This document shows positions 20,389 through 28,493 of a stretch of 33,306 bases of DNA, piece by piece. Where the stretch lies: positions 1-33,306 of the forward strand of contig JBDRLW010000032.1 in NCBI GenBank assembly GCA_043812655.1. The letters are read 5' to 3'. The notes under the pieces were generated by a model. That model worked only from the letters and a program-made list of their open reading frames with translations, was not told the origin of the DNA and searched no databases. Position 1 is the first letter of the stretch. Each line of letters starts with the position of its first letter. Both the position numbers and the translations under genes were made by a program. Source of the stretch: a bacterium (GTDB lineage: Bacteria; Margulisbacteria; WOR-1; O2-12-FULL-45-9; XYB2-FULL-48-7).

Positions 20389-20602
20389 AGAGTCAGGATT
20401 GCTAGACGGTTTAATATTAGGCGGGTTGATAGGCGTAGCAGTCGGCTTGATCTTGGCTCCAGCCGCTGGCGATAAGACCCGTGAAATGATAAAAGAACGC
20501 TTGAGCCAGCTTGGGCTTGATGGCATGATCGACCGGTTTTCCGAAGCGCTCGAAGCCGGCAAAGAAGAAGCGGTCAAGGCCACTAAAGAAGTAGAGATGT
20601 AG
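20378..20602 (+). CDS. YtxH-domain protein
   Basis: GLILGGLIGVAVGLILAP..G..TRE motif. Confidence 0.8.
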   Translation: MGNKESGLLDGLILGGLIGVAVGLILAPAAGDKTREMIKERLSQLGLDGMIDRFSEALEAGKEEAVKATKEVEM

Positions 20603-20608
20603 TTTCTC

Positions 20609-20678
20609 AAGGAACCTGCGAATGAACTTCGCGGTTCCTTATAATAATTTGAAACCGCGACGTTTAGTCGCTGGTTTC
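20609..20678. repeat. REP-like hairpin doublet, intergenic copy
   Basis: AAGGAACC(T)GCGAA-TGAAC-TTCGC-GGTTCCTT, a 10-nt AT spacer, then GAAACC-GCGAC-GTTTA-GTCGC(T)GGTTTC. Confidence 0.85.
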
Positions 20679-20698
20679 TAGAAATACTGGAGGGAAAA

Positions 20699-20980
20699 AT
20701 GATCCAAACATATTTGATCAACATTCTTCTTTTCTGCGGGATCTTGTTGCTGCTTTCTTTGACCGTCGCGGTTATCCAGGGGATCTTGATCTTTATTGAT
20801 ATCCGCAAAATGACCCATGAAGTGAAAGAAAAAGTTTTGGCCGTGACTTCTGTCCTTGATATTTTAACGGCTTTTCTTGGCGGTTTAGGGATAATGAAGA
20901 GCAAGCTCTCTTCAGAGTCAACGATCATTGGTTTTGCGGCAGGCTTAAAAAAAGCGCTGCAGATTTTGTTCAAAAAATAA
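20699..20980 (+). CDS. Small membrane protein (YtxG/DUF948-like position and topology)
   Basis: GGAGG SD; N-terminal TM helix, short coiled segment, C-terminal amphipathic helix. Lies between two YtxH genes. Confidence 0.65.
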   Translation: MIQTYLINILLFCGILLLLSLTVAVIQGILIFIDIRKMTHEVKEKVLAVTSVLDILTAFLGGLGIMKSKLSSESTIIGFAAGLKKALQILFKK

Positions 20981-20995
20981 AAGGAGGCGAAGATT

Positions 20996-21184
20996 ATGGG
21001 AAAGATCATGAAAAGTTTGACGATCGGCGGGTTGGTTGGGTTTGTGGCCGGGCTTCTGTTTGCTCCCCAAAAAGGTGAAGAGAACCGCCAAAAACTAAAA
21101 GAAGCGGTCGAAAAAGGAAAAGAAAAATTCAACGAGCTCAAGGATGAAATAAATAAAAAAGGGAAGGATTGCTGCGGAAGCTAG
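20996..21184 (+). CDS. YtxH-domain protein
   Basis: GGLVGFVAGLLFAPQKGEENRQKL; GGAGG SD. Confidence 0.82.
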   Translation: MGKIMKSLTIGGLVGFVAGLLFAPQKGEENRQKLKEAVEKGKEKFNELKDEINKKGKDCCGS

Positions 21185-21187
21185 TGG

Positions 21188-22729
21188 ATGACCCGAAGAA
21201 TAATTGAGCATCTCCTTTTTTCAGCGTTGGCGGAAAAAGGAATAAATGATCTTAGATCAATTAAAATTGATGTTTCGCCCAGATTAGAATTTGGTGATTA
21301 CGCGACCAATGCCGCTATAGTTACGGCCAAAAAGCTCTCAATAGATCCGCTGCAACTAGCGGAAGAATTAACTTCTCTCCTTAAAAAGGCCGAGGTTTTT
21401 GAACGAGTTGAGATCGCCAAGCCTGGCTTTATCAATTTTTTCCTCAAAGCTGATTTTATCCACTCCGAGATAAAGAATATTTTAAAAGCGGATACCACTT
21501 GGGGTGAAACCAAGCGAGGCAATGGCCAAAAAATATTACTTGAATATGTCTCTGCCAATCCAACCGGTCCGCTTCATGTTGGCCACGGCCGTTGGGCGGT
21601 GATCGGGGATATTATTGCCAGGGCACTTAAAGCCGCCGGCTATCAGGTTGAAACCGAGTTTTATGTGAATAATATTGGCAATCAAGTTGAAAAATTAACC
21701 GAATCGGTCAATGCCGCCCGAGCTGGCCAAGAACCGCCAGAAAATGGTTATGGCGGCAGTTACATTAAAGATGTTGAGGGTAACTCAACTGAAGAGATGC
21801 TGGAGTTCATCTTGGCTGGGCAAAAAAAGGTGATGAGCCAGGTTGGAGTTAATTTTGACCGTTTTTTCTTTGAGAGTGAACTGCACGCTAAAGATAAAGT
21901 CCGTTACGCCATTGATAAATTGACTAAGAAAGGCAAAACGTTTGAAGAAGGTGGGGCGATCTGGTTTAAATCACAAGAAATTGGCGATGACAAAAATAGA
22001 GTTTTGGTCAGAGAAAACGGCGTCCCAACTTATTTTGCCGCTGACATCGCGTATCATCTTGATAAATTTGAACGCGGCTACGACCGCTTAATTAATATCT
22101 GGGGAACCGACCACCATGGTTATATTAATCGCTTAAAAGGGGCGCTAAAAGCGCTTGATCTGCCGGTCGAGAAATTTGAGATCATTATCGGCCAGCTGGT
22201 TACATTATATAGAGGTGACGAGCCGGTCAGGATGTCGAAGCGAACCGGTGAAATGGTCACGCTGGAAGAAGTGATCGAAGAAATAGGGGCTGACGCAACC
22301 CGCTTTTTCTTCGCGGCCACCGACGTTAATTCCCATCTTGATTTTGACCTGGAATTGGCTAAGAAGCAGTCAAATGATAATCCTGTCTTTTACGTCCAGT
22401 ACGCTCATGCGAGGATTTGCAGTATCCTAGGGAAGTCTACAGACCAAAAACTACAGACTACAGACTTAACCACGCTAACTCATCCCGCAGAGAGGGAATT
22501 GATGTTAAAACTGTTATCTTTTCCCGATGTTGTAGAATCGGCGGCGCAACTGCGCCATCCGCAGCGGTTAACGGAGTATGGTAAGGAATTGGCCACCGTC
22601 TTCCACCATTTCTACGAAAAATGTCGGGTGCTGGGTAATCCCGCCCGGCTAGTATTAGTAGACACGACTCGAATAACCTTGAGAAATGTCTTAAACCTGC
22701 TTGGGGTCTCCGCTCCGGATAAGATGTAG
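21188..22729 (+). CDS. argS: Arginyl-tRNA synthetase
   Basis: FGDYATN, PGFINF, EYVSANPTGPLHVGHGR (HIGH), GTDHHGY, MSKRTG, YVQYAHARI, LGVSAPDKM. Confidence 0.97.
   Translation: MTRRIIEHLLFSALAEKGINDLRSIKIDVSPRLEFGDYATNAAIVTAKKLSIDPLQLAEELTSLLKKAEVFERVEIAKPGFINFFLKADFIHSEIKNILKADTTWGETKRGNGQKILLEYVSANPTGPLHVGHGRWAVIGDIIARALKAAGYQVETEFYVNNIGNQVEKLTESVNAARAGQEPPENGYGGSYIKDVEGNSTEEMLEFILAGQKKVMSQVGVNFDRFFFESELHAKDKVRYAIDKLTKKGKTFEEGGAIWFKSQEIGDDKNRVLVRENGVPTYFAADIAYHLDKFERGYDRLINIWGTDHHGYINRLKGALKALDLPVEKFEIIIGQLVTLYRGDEPVRMSKRTGEMVTLEEVIEEIGADATRFFFAATDVNSHLDFDLELAKKQSNDNPVFYVQYAHARICSILGKSTDQKLQTTDLTTLTHPAERELMLKLLSFPDVVESAAQLRHPQRLTEYGKELATVFHHFYEKCRVLGNPARLVLVDTTRITLRNVLNLLGVSAPDKM
22437..22464. 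repeat. Heptamer tandem array inside argS
   Basis: CTACAGA-CCAAAAA-CTACAGA-CTACAGA, encoding STDQKLQTTD after YAHARICSIL. Confidence 0.7.
22685..22729 (+). repeat. Direct repeat copy 1 (last 15 codons of argS)
   Basis: AATGTCTTAAACCTGCTTGGGGTCTCCGCTCCGGATAAGATGTAG; 40/45 identical to 23572-23616. Confidence 0.92.
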
Positions 22730-22730
22730 G

Positions 22731-23581
22731 ATGAAAAAAAAGAAGAAGTCACTTGTTCCCAACAACAGCTTTACGGAGTTTCTACTCTATACCACCCCAA
22801 ATGGTAAGGTGAAAGTAGAGATATTTTTACGCGATGAAAATATTTGGCTTACTCAAAAAAAAATGGCGGAACTTTTTGATACAACAGCACAAAACATCAC
22901 GCAGCATCTTAAAAATATTTACGCTGAAGGGGAAATTGAACAGGAAGGAACTTGTAAGGATTTCTTACAAGTTCAAACTGAAGGGGAGCGAGAGATTGAG
23001 AGAACCTCAAAAATGTATTCATTGGAAGCGGTTATAGCCGTCGGCTATCGCGTAAACTCCGAACGCGGCACGCAATTTCGCCAATGGGCGACTGGAATTC
23101 TAAAAAATTATATCCATAAAGGCTATGCTCTAGATGCAAATCGAATGAAATACGGTTCTCGTTTTAGCACTAGATATTTTGATGAGCTTTATGAAGAAAT
23201 CAAAGATATCCGCACTAGTGAGCGGATGATTTACCAAAAAATCACCGATATTTACGCGACAGCGATAGATTATTCGCCAAAAGCGTATGAGAGCAAGCAA
23301 TTTTTTGCTACTGTCCAATGTATCTTGATTATGCCGAAATGCAAGCAGCGCGAGGTAGAGCAATGACAATGAAGGATTGGGTGGAGAAGCTTAACGCCTT
23401 CCTCAAATTTAGTGAATACGAAATTTTAACTAATACCGGGAAGATTAGTCATGAAATTGCCGAGGCCTTAGTGCTAAAAGAATACGAAAAATATCGCCAA
23501 GTTCAGGATAAATATTATGTCTCCGACTTTGACCGCGAAGTAAAGAAACTCTTAGCGTCCAAGAAGAAGAAAACGTCTTAA
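22731..23581 (+). pseudogene. RhuM/virulence-protein family DNA-binding protein, disrupted by an internal deletion and frameshift
   Basis: N part: IWLTQKKMAELF, I.QHLKNIY, IAVGYRVNS.RGTQFRQWAT, DIRTSER..YQKITDIYA..DY. It runs into FFATVQ at about 23318, where the C part (MYLDYAEMQA...MTMKDW, GKISHE, SDFD) continues in another frame. Confidence 0.85.
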
Positions 23582-23616
23582 AACTGCTTGGTGTCTCCGC
23601 TCCGGACAAGATGTAA
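23572..23616 (+). repeat. Direct repeat copy 2 (displaced argS 3' end)
   Basis: AACGTCTTAAAACTGCTTGGTGTCTCCGCTCCGGACAAGATGTAA, translating as NVLKLLGVSAPDKM*. Confidence 0.92.
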
Positions 23617-23671
23617 AAGTCGGCCTTTTTGCCTCATTTACTTCAGGATAATAGACAATTCAAAAATAGAC

Positions 23672-23705
23672 TGAAATTCTTGTAATTATGTCCAGATATT
23701 AATAT
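23672..23705 (+). promoter_or_regulatory. Putative sigma28-like promoter upstream of the repeat-protein gene
   Basis: TGAAATT-N16-GATA-N3-ATAT, same spacing as 4400-4433. Confidence 0.35.
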
Positions 23706-23764
23706 AGCGGAAAACAAACTCAAAAAGTCGAAGTAAAAAACAATAAAAAGGATTGGTGGAAATT

Positions 23765-25312
23765 ATGAACGGATGTGCTCCAATATCAAATGCTACCCCA
23801 AGGAACTCGGCGCTATATAAACTTTTAGGATTTAATGATGTAAATCAAGATGGGATCATCGAAAAGAAGTCTGTCTGGAATTTATGGACAGAGGAGAACT
23901 ATAACGAAAAAGCTGACATAGATGGGGATGGGGAAATAACCGAGGCCGAAGCTAAATATTATTTACTAACAAAATCAGATATTTCTAAGGAAGAAAAACA
24001 AAAAAACACGTTAACAAACGAGGAAAAGACAACATTAGTTAAAATGCTTGAAGATAAATTTGGAGCTATTGTAACAAAACATGAGCGTTCTAATCGCATG
24101 GGTTGGGATAAGAGTGAAGAAGTAAAAATAAAGTCAATTATGCAAGAAATGACTTCAGTTGGTTTATATCAAGAAGCATGTAATATGGTTTTTTCATTAG
24201 ATTCTTTCTTTAAACAACAAGATACAATAATTGAAAATATTATCTCAGAAATGGCCAGTGCAGGTCTATTTAAAGAAGCATTTGAAATGGCGCAATCCAT
24301 CAAGCATTACAATGTCAGAGATAAAGTCGTTATAAATATAGTTTCAGAAATGATAACAGTCGGCTTATATCAGGAGGCCTTTAAAATGGCTCAATCTCTG
24401 AGAAATGATGCCAAGTTTGAAGCAATAAATGTTATTTTTTCAGAAATGATTGCGGCTGACTTATATCAAGAAGTTGCTGAAATGTCTCAATCTATTAATT
24501 GTGTAGACCAATACGGCCAAGCGATTAAAGACATAATTTTAAATATGACCAAAGTTGGTTTGTTTCAAGAAGGACTCCGCATGGCCCAATCACTTGGCTT
24601 CCACAATGGCAAAAGAGAATTATCCCAATATATAATTTCTGAAGCAGCTCAAACCGGTCAATACCAAGATGCCTTTGAAATGGCACAATCTATGGATCAT
24701 GATTATGATAAGTGGGTAGCAATTATAAGTATAATTTCAGAAATGACTAGAGTTGGTTTATATCAAGACGCATTTAAAATGACTCAATCAATTAATGATA
24801 TTGGTATTGATGACATATTTGGAATGAAAAAGGATAACTGGATATTAATAAAAGCCATCGTTTTAGGGATGACTAAGGTCGGCTTATTTCAAGATGCGTT
24901 TAAAACTGCGTTGTCTATCGAGCCATTTATTCATAATAGTTATAGAGATGATAAAAAAGATCATTATGAAGTGATACAATCCATCGCATTAGAAATGATA
25001 AAGACTGGGATAATTGATAAATTTTTACTTAAAAATATTATGGAATATCTTAGAACTGCTGGAGAAAAAGATCTATTATTAGAACTTTTAATAAAAATGG
25101 ATGAAAAAAGATTGCTGAGCAGGGATTTATTAAGTCTAGCAGACGAATTTCTACGTAAATTTAAATATGATTTTGAAGCCTGGTTTCTATCGTTAAAGGA
25201 TAGCAAAGAATGTTTGGTTTTGCGGGGACTTGCTCGACAATATTTGAGTGAAATTAACAATCAAAGAAAACAAGCCCCGTGTTTTTCGAAGCAATTTCGA
25301 AGCCTGAACTAA
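23765..25312 (+). CDS. Hypothetical alpha-solenoid repeat protein with N-terminal EF-hand-like loops
   Basis: DVNQDGIIE and DIDGDGEITEAE loops; 8-9 repeats of about 33 aa with consensus I.SEM..VGLYQ(E/D)AF.MAQS. AT-rich. ATG 23765 follows GGTGG (ORF track start is TTG 23753). Confidence 0.8.
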   Translation: MNGCAPISNATPRNSALYKLLGFNDVNQDGIIEKKSVWNLWTEENYNEKADIDGDGEITEAEAKYYLLTKSDISKEEKQKNTLTNEEKTTLVKMLEDKFGAIVTKHERSNRMGWDKSEEVKIKSIMQEMTSVGLYQEACNMVFSLDSFFKQQDTIIENIISEMASAGLFKEAFEMAQSIKHYNVRDKVVINIVSEMITVGLYQEAFKMAQSLRNDAKFEAINVIFSEMIAADLYQEVAEMSQSINCVDQYGQAIKDIILNMTKVGLFQEGLRMAQSLGFHNGKRELSQYIISEAAQTGQYQDAFEMAQSMDHDYDKWVAIISIISEMTRVGLYQDAFKMTQSINDIGIDDIFGMKKDNWILIKAIVLGMTKVGLFQDAFKTALSIEPFIHNSYRDDKKDHYEVIQSIALEMIKTGIIDKFLLKNIMEYLRTAGEKDLLLELLIKMDEKRLLSRDLLSLADEFLRKFKYDFEAWFLSLKDSKECLVLRGLARQYLSEINNQRKQAPCFSKQFRSLN

Positions 25313-25632
25313 AATATGGGGAAGAGCCACGAACTTCGAATACAAATGCCTACGATTTACACTTGAGAGTATTAAGAATGCCAGAAAATGGCTCATATGC
25401 AAATATATTTATTATTGATCCAAAAGGAAAACATTGGCCACAGAACAGTTGTAATCAATATGGGCGGACCATTTGTAAATTAAAACCAGGGGAAAACACT
25501 TTTAGGATTTTCTTGCATAACAGCAATAAACAAGTTAGGGCTTATTTGGCTTATTACTATTCTTCCTTTAATGGCGATATATCTTGTGGTCGGAGTGAAA
25601 TATTCATCATACCAAACCCTGATGCGAAGTAA
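25279..25632 (+). CDS. Hypothetical beta-rich ORF, possibly the frameshifted C-terminus of the upstream repeat protein
   Basis: 117-aa ORF overlapping the upstream gene by 34 nt; GTG start without SD; frame open from 25258. Confidence 0.45.
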   Translation: MFFEAISKPELKYGEEPRTSNTNAYDLHLRVLRMPENGSYANIFIIDPKGKHWPQNSCNQYGRTICKLKPGENTFRIFLHNSNKQVRAYLAYYYSSFNGDISCGRSEIFIIPNPDAK

Positions 25633-25718
25633 AACCAACTAAAATTACTTGTTAACGAAAGGATGCTAAGGAGAAACCCTCTCCTTCTCAGATCAACCTT
25701 TCCCCCACAAATTTATTA

Positions 25719-25727
25719 TGTTAGAAT
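25719..25727 (+). promoter_or_regulatory. Extended -10 promoter of the ilvE operon
   Basis: TGTTAGAAT, 8 nt before ATG 25736. No SD. Confidence 0.6.
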
Positions 25728-25735
25728 ATCTTTAA

Positions 25736-26650
25736 ATGAAATACGCTTTTTTTAAAGGTAAAATCGTCCCATTTAACGAAGCGAAGATCGGGATCATGAC
25801 CCATGCGTTCAACTATGGTACCGGGGTTTTTGAGGGGATCAGAGGCTACTGGAACGCCGAAAAAAGACAGATGTTCATCGTCAAGCTGCGCGAGCATTAT
25901 GAGCGGCTGGAGCGGTCTACCCAGCTCGCCTTAAAATCATCAGTTAAATATTCTTTGGCCGAACTAGAAAAGATCACCCTTGAACTGGTCAGGAAAAATG
26001 ATTATCACGAAGATATTTATATTCGGCCGATCTATTACAAATCGCAAGAGAAGATCGGGCTCGGTTTAATAGGAGTTGAAGAAGATTTTTGCATGTTTGT
26101 CGCCCCGTTTGGCGCCTATCTTGATATAAGCAAGGGGATCAGAGTTTGTGTCTCCAAGTGGTGGAGGATCTCGGCCCATTCCGCTCCGCAGGGAGCGAAG
26201 ATCAATGGCTCTTACTTTAATTCTTCTTTGGCTAAAGCCGAAGCGCTGGAAAAGGGATACGACGAAGCAATCCTCCTTTCACACGAAAAAACAGTTGCCG
26301 AAGGTTCGGGCGAGAATCTCTTCATGGTTAAAGACGGTAAGTTGATTACTCCACCATTATCAGAAACGATCTTGCCGGGAATTACCAGGGTTTGTATTAT
26401 GACCTTAGCTAAAAATGAGTTAAAGATGGCGACCGTGGAAAGACAGATCAAACAAGAAGAACTATATTCAGCCGACGAACTTTTCTTCTGCGGTACAGGC
26501 GCCCAGGTTTCACCGATCATTGAAGTCGATGATAAAAAGATCAAAGAGGGGAAGGTTGGCCCGATAACTAAAAACATCCAAAGCCTTTACTTTGCCGCCG
26601 CCAGGGGCGATAATCCCAAATATAGCGATTGGGTTACGCCGGTCTACTAA
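25736..26650 (+). CDS. ilvE: Branched-chain amino acid aminotransferase
   Basis: HAFNYGTGVFEGIR, YIRP, PLP lysine in GAKINGSY, EGSGENLF, ILPGITR, ADELFFCGT. Confidence 0.94.
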   Translation: MKYAFFKGKIVPFNEAKIGIMTHAFNYGTGVFEGIRGYWNAEKRQMFIVKLREHYERLERSTQLALKSSVKYSLAELEKITLELVRKNDYHEDIYIRPIYYKSQEKIGLGLIGVEEDFCMFVAPFGAYLDISKGIRVCVSKWWRISAHSAPQGAKINGSYFNSSLAKAEALEKGYDEAILLSHEKTVAEGSGENLFMVKDGKLITPPLSETILPGITRVCIMTLAKNELKMATVERQIKQEELYSADELFFCGTGAQVSPIIEVDDKKIKEGKVGPITKNIQSLYFAAARGDNPKYSDWVTPVY

Positions 26651-26991
26651 TGATTGTCGGGGTAGGGATCGATATTGTTGAGACCGAACGGATAAAAGAT
26701 TCGATCAAAAAATACGGTGATAAGTTCTTAAAGAGGATTTTTACCAACAAGGAACTTAAATATTGCGGCCGACGGTCACACCAGCTAGCTGCCCGTTTTG
26801 CAGCTAAAGAAGCTTATTCAAAGGCGATTGGGACTGGGATCAGTGGCATTGACTGGAAAGAGATCGAGGTTTTTAATAATAAAGCCGGCAAACCTTTTCT
26901 ATCAATTAGGGGAAAAGCCAGTAAAAAGGTTCATCTTAGCTTGTCGCACAGTCTACAGTACGCGGTCGCATCGGTTTATGTCGAAAAGTAA
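26650..26991 (+). CDS. acpS: Holo-ACP synthase
   Basis: MIVGVGIDIVE, LAARFAAKEA..KA.GTG, GKP, HLSLSHS. ATG overlaps the ilvE stop (TAATG). Confidence 0.95.
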   Translation: MIVGVGIDIVETERIKDSIKKYGDKFLKRIFTNKELKYCGRRSHQLAARFAAKEAYSKAIGTGISGIDWKEIEVFNNKAGKPFLSIRGKASKKVHLSLSHSLQYAVASVYVEK

Positions 26992-27736
26992 AACTTTCAA
27001 ACTACCGAAAAGAAAACTGGATAGCCATAAGGGGACTTACGGTAAGGCGCTTATTGTCGCTGGCTCTTCTGGAATGCTGGGAGCCGCGGTTTTAGCTTCT
27101 CGTGGCTGTTTAAGATGCGGAGCCGGCCTCGTTTACCTCGCCGTCCCAACTGAACTTGTCAATTACGCCAACACCATGACCCCTGAAGTTATAGTTATTC
27201 CTCTTGAAAAGATAAGTGCTATCAATCCCGATGCGATCGCCATCGGTCCCGGTTTAGGCAACAAAACAGTTCAAATCCCAGCTAATCAACTTGTTGTAGA
27301 TGCCGATGCACTATTCAACATGCCGCCAAACCCCACGATCATCACGCCGCATCAGGGCGAAATGGCTAGACTAATGGGAAAAACAGTTGATGAAGTACAA
27401 AGTAATCGCCTAGAAACAGCCAAAGCCGCCGCAAAGAAATATAATTGTATTGCCGTGCTTAAAGGAAATAAAACTGTTGTAGCCGACCAAGTTGGCAATA
27501 CTTATATCAATTCAACCGGTAATCCCGGAATGGCAACTGGCGGAACAGGAGATGTTTTAACCGGCATGATCACTGCCTTCCTGGCCCAAGGAATCAACGC
27601 TTGGGAAGCGGCGACGTTTGGCGTATACTTACATGGATTAGCGGGCGATCTGGCGGCTAAAGAAAAAGGGGAATACAGCTTGATCGCGTCTGATATAATA
27701 GGGCAAATACCAAATGTTATACGAAAATATTTCTGA
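26978..27736 (+). CDS. nnrD: NAD(P)HX dehydratase (stand-alone YjeF C-terminal domain)
   Basis: R..DSHKGTYG, GS.GM.GAA, GAGLV, IGPGLG, VVDADAL, ITPH.GE..RL, GGTGDVLTG, HGLAGD. ATG 26978 is preferred over the track start. Confidence 0.92.
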   Translation: MSKSKTFKLPKRKLDSHKGTYGKALIVAGSSGMLGAAVLASRGCLRCGAGLVYLAVPTELVNYANTMTPEVIVIPLEKISAINPDAIAIGPGLGNKTVQIPANQLVVDADALFNMPPNPTIITPHQGEMARLMGKTVDEVQSNRLETAKAAAKKYNCIAVLKGNKTVVADQVGNTYINSTGNPGMATGGTGDVLTGMITAFLAQGINAWEAATFGVYLHGLAGDLAAKEKGEYSLIASDIIGQIPNVIRKYF

Positions 27737-28493
27737 AAATATCGGCAATAGGACCATTCATTTCCTGGAAATTCTTGGCGAGATCGCCGATCTGGCCGGA
27801 AAAGTCGTCCGTGATATCTTTAGAGGAAAAGTCAACCTCAAGTTAACCCTCGAACAAATGGTTAAAGTCGGGGTTGATTCGCTCCCTCTGGCCCTCACCA
27901 CTTCCGCTTTTGTCGGCATGGTTTTTGCGATCCAAATAGCGGCTGAATTTTCTAAGTTTGGCGCCGGTAAATATGTTGGGGGGCTGATGAGCGTCGCGAT
28001 CACCCGCGAACTTGGCCCGGCGATCACCGGGATCGTAGTGGCGGCTCGCGTAGCCGCTTCGATCACCGCGGAAATCGGGACCATGAAGGTAACGGAGCAG
28101 ATCGACGCGATGGAAGCGCTGGGGGTAAGCCCTGTCCGCTATTTAATTATCCCGCGATTCCTAGCAACGACCCTCATGCTCCCTCTGCTCACTATCCTGA
28201 CGATCATTATGGCCTTTTTCGGTGGATATGTCGTCGCGATCTACGTTGGCAAGATCAATCCGGTCGAATACATGGACACCGCCCAATCATTGTCCAGATT
28301 ATGGGATCTTTACGGCGGGTTGATGAAAACCGCCATTTTTGGCATGATCATTTCGATCGTCGCGTGTTATCGCGGCCTTAATACCAAAGGCGGGGCTAAG
28401 GGAGTAGGAGAGGCGACCACTTCTTCGGTCGTGATCACTTTGATCAGCCTTTTTATCGTCAATTATTTTCTCTCAATGCTGTTATTTAAATGA
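27714..28493 (+). CDS. mlaE: MlaE-family ABC permease
   Basis: VGVDSLP, RELGPAIT, AEIGTMKVTEQIDAM, P..YL..PR, GGAKGVGEATT. Confidence 0.95.
   Translation: MLYENISENIGNRTIHFLEILGEIADLAGKVVRDIFRGKVNLKLTLEQMVKVGVDSLPLALTTSAFVGMVFAIQIAAEFSKFGAGKYVGGLMSVAITRELGPAITGIVVAARVAASITAEIGTMKVTEQIDAMEALGVSPVRYLIIPRFLATTLMLPLLTILTIIMAFFGGYVVAIYVGKINPVEYMDTAQSLSRLWDLYGGLMKTAIFGMIISIVACYRGLNTKGGAKGVGEATTSSVVITLISLFIVNYFLSMLLFK

Noticed and set aside
20609..20678. Hairpin repeats as a CRISPR mini-array or plain terminator
   Set aside because: Units are inverted, only 10 nt apart, lack a U-tract and have no cas genes nearby. A REP doublet fits better.
20359..21141. 260-aa minus-strand ORF
   Set aside because: Antisense shadow of three plus-strand genes with SDs and YtxH motifs. 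It also crosses the REP doublet and has no motif of its own.
23318..23366. Programmed frameshift joining the two rhuM ORFs
   Set aside because: A conserved block is missing at the junction, so a shift would not restore the full protein.
25657..25702. Nested hairpin (AAGGAGA/TCTCCTT inside GAAAGG/CCTTTC) as a T-box or attenuator for ilvE
   Set aside because: No T-box consensus, leader peptide or U-tract. It lies upstream of the apparent ilvE -10 box, so it would not be in the leader.
26798..26977. 60-aa N-terminal extension of NnrD, or an AcpS-NnrD fusion
   Set aside because: It is an alternative frame of acpS. AcpS has its own stop, NnrD motifs begin after ATG 26978, and no epimerase domain is present.
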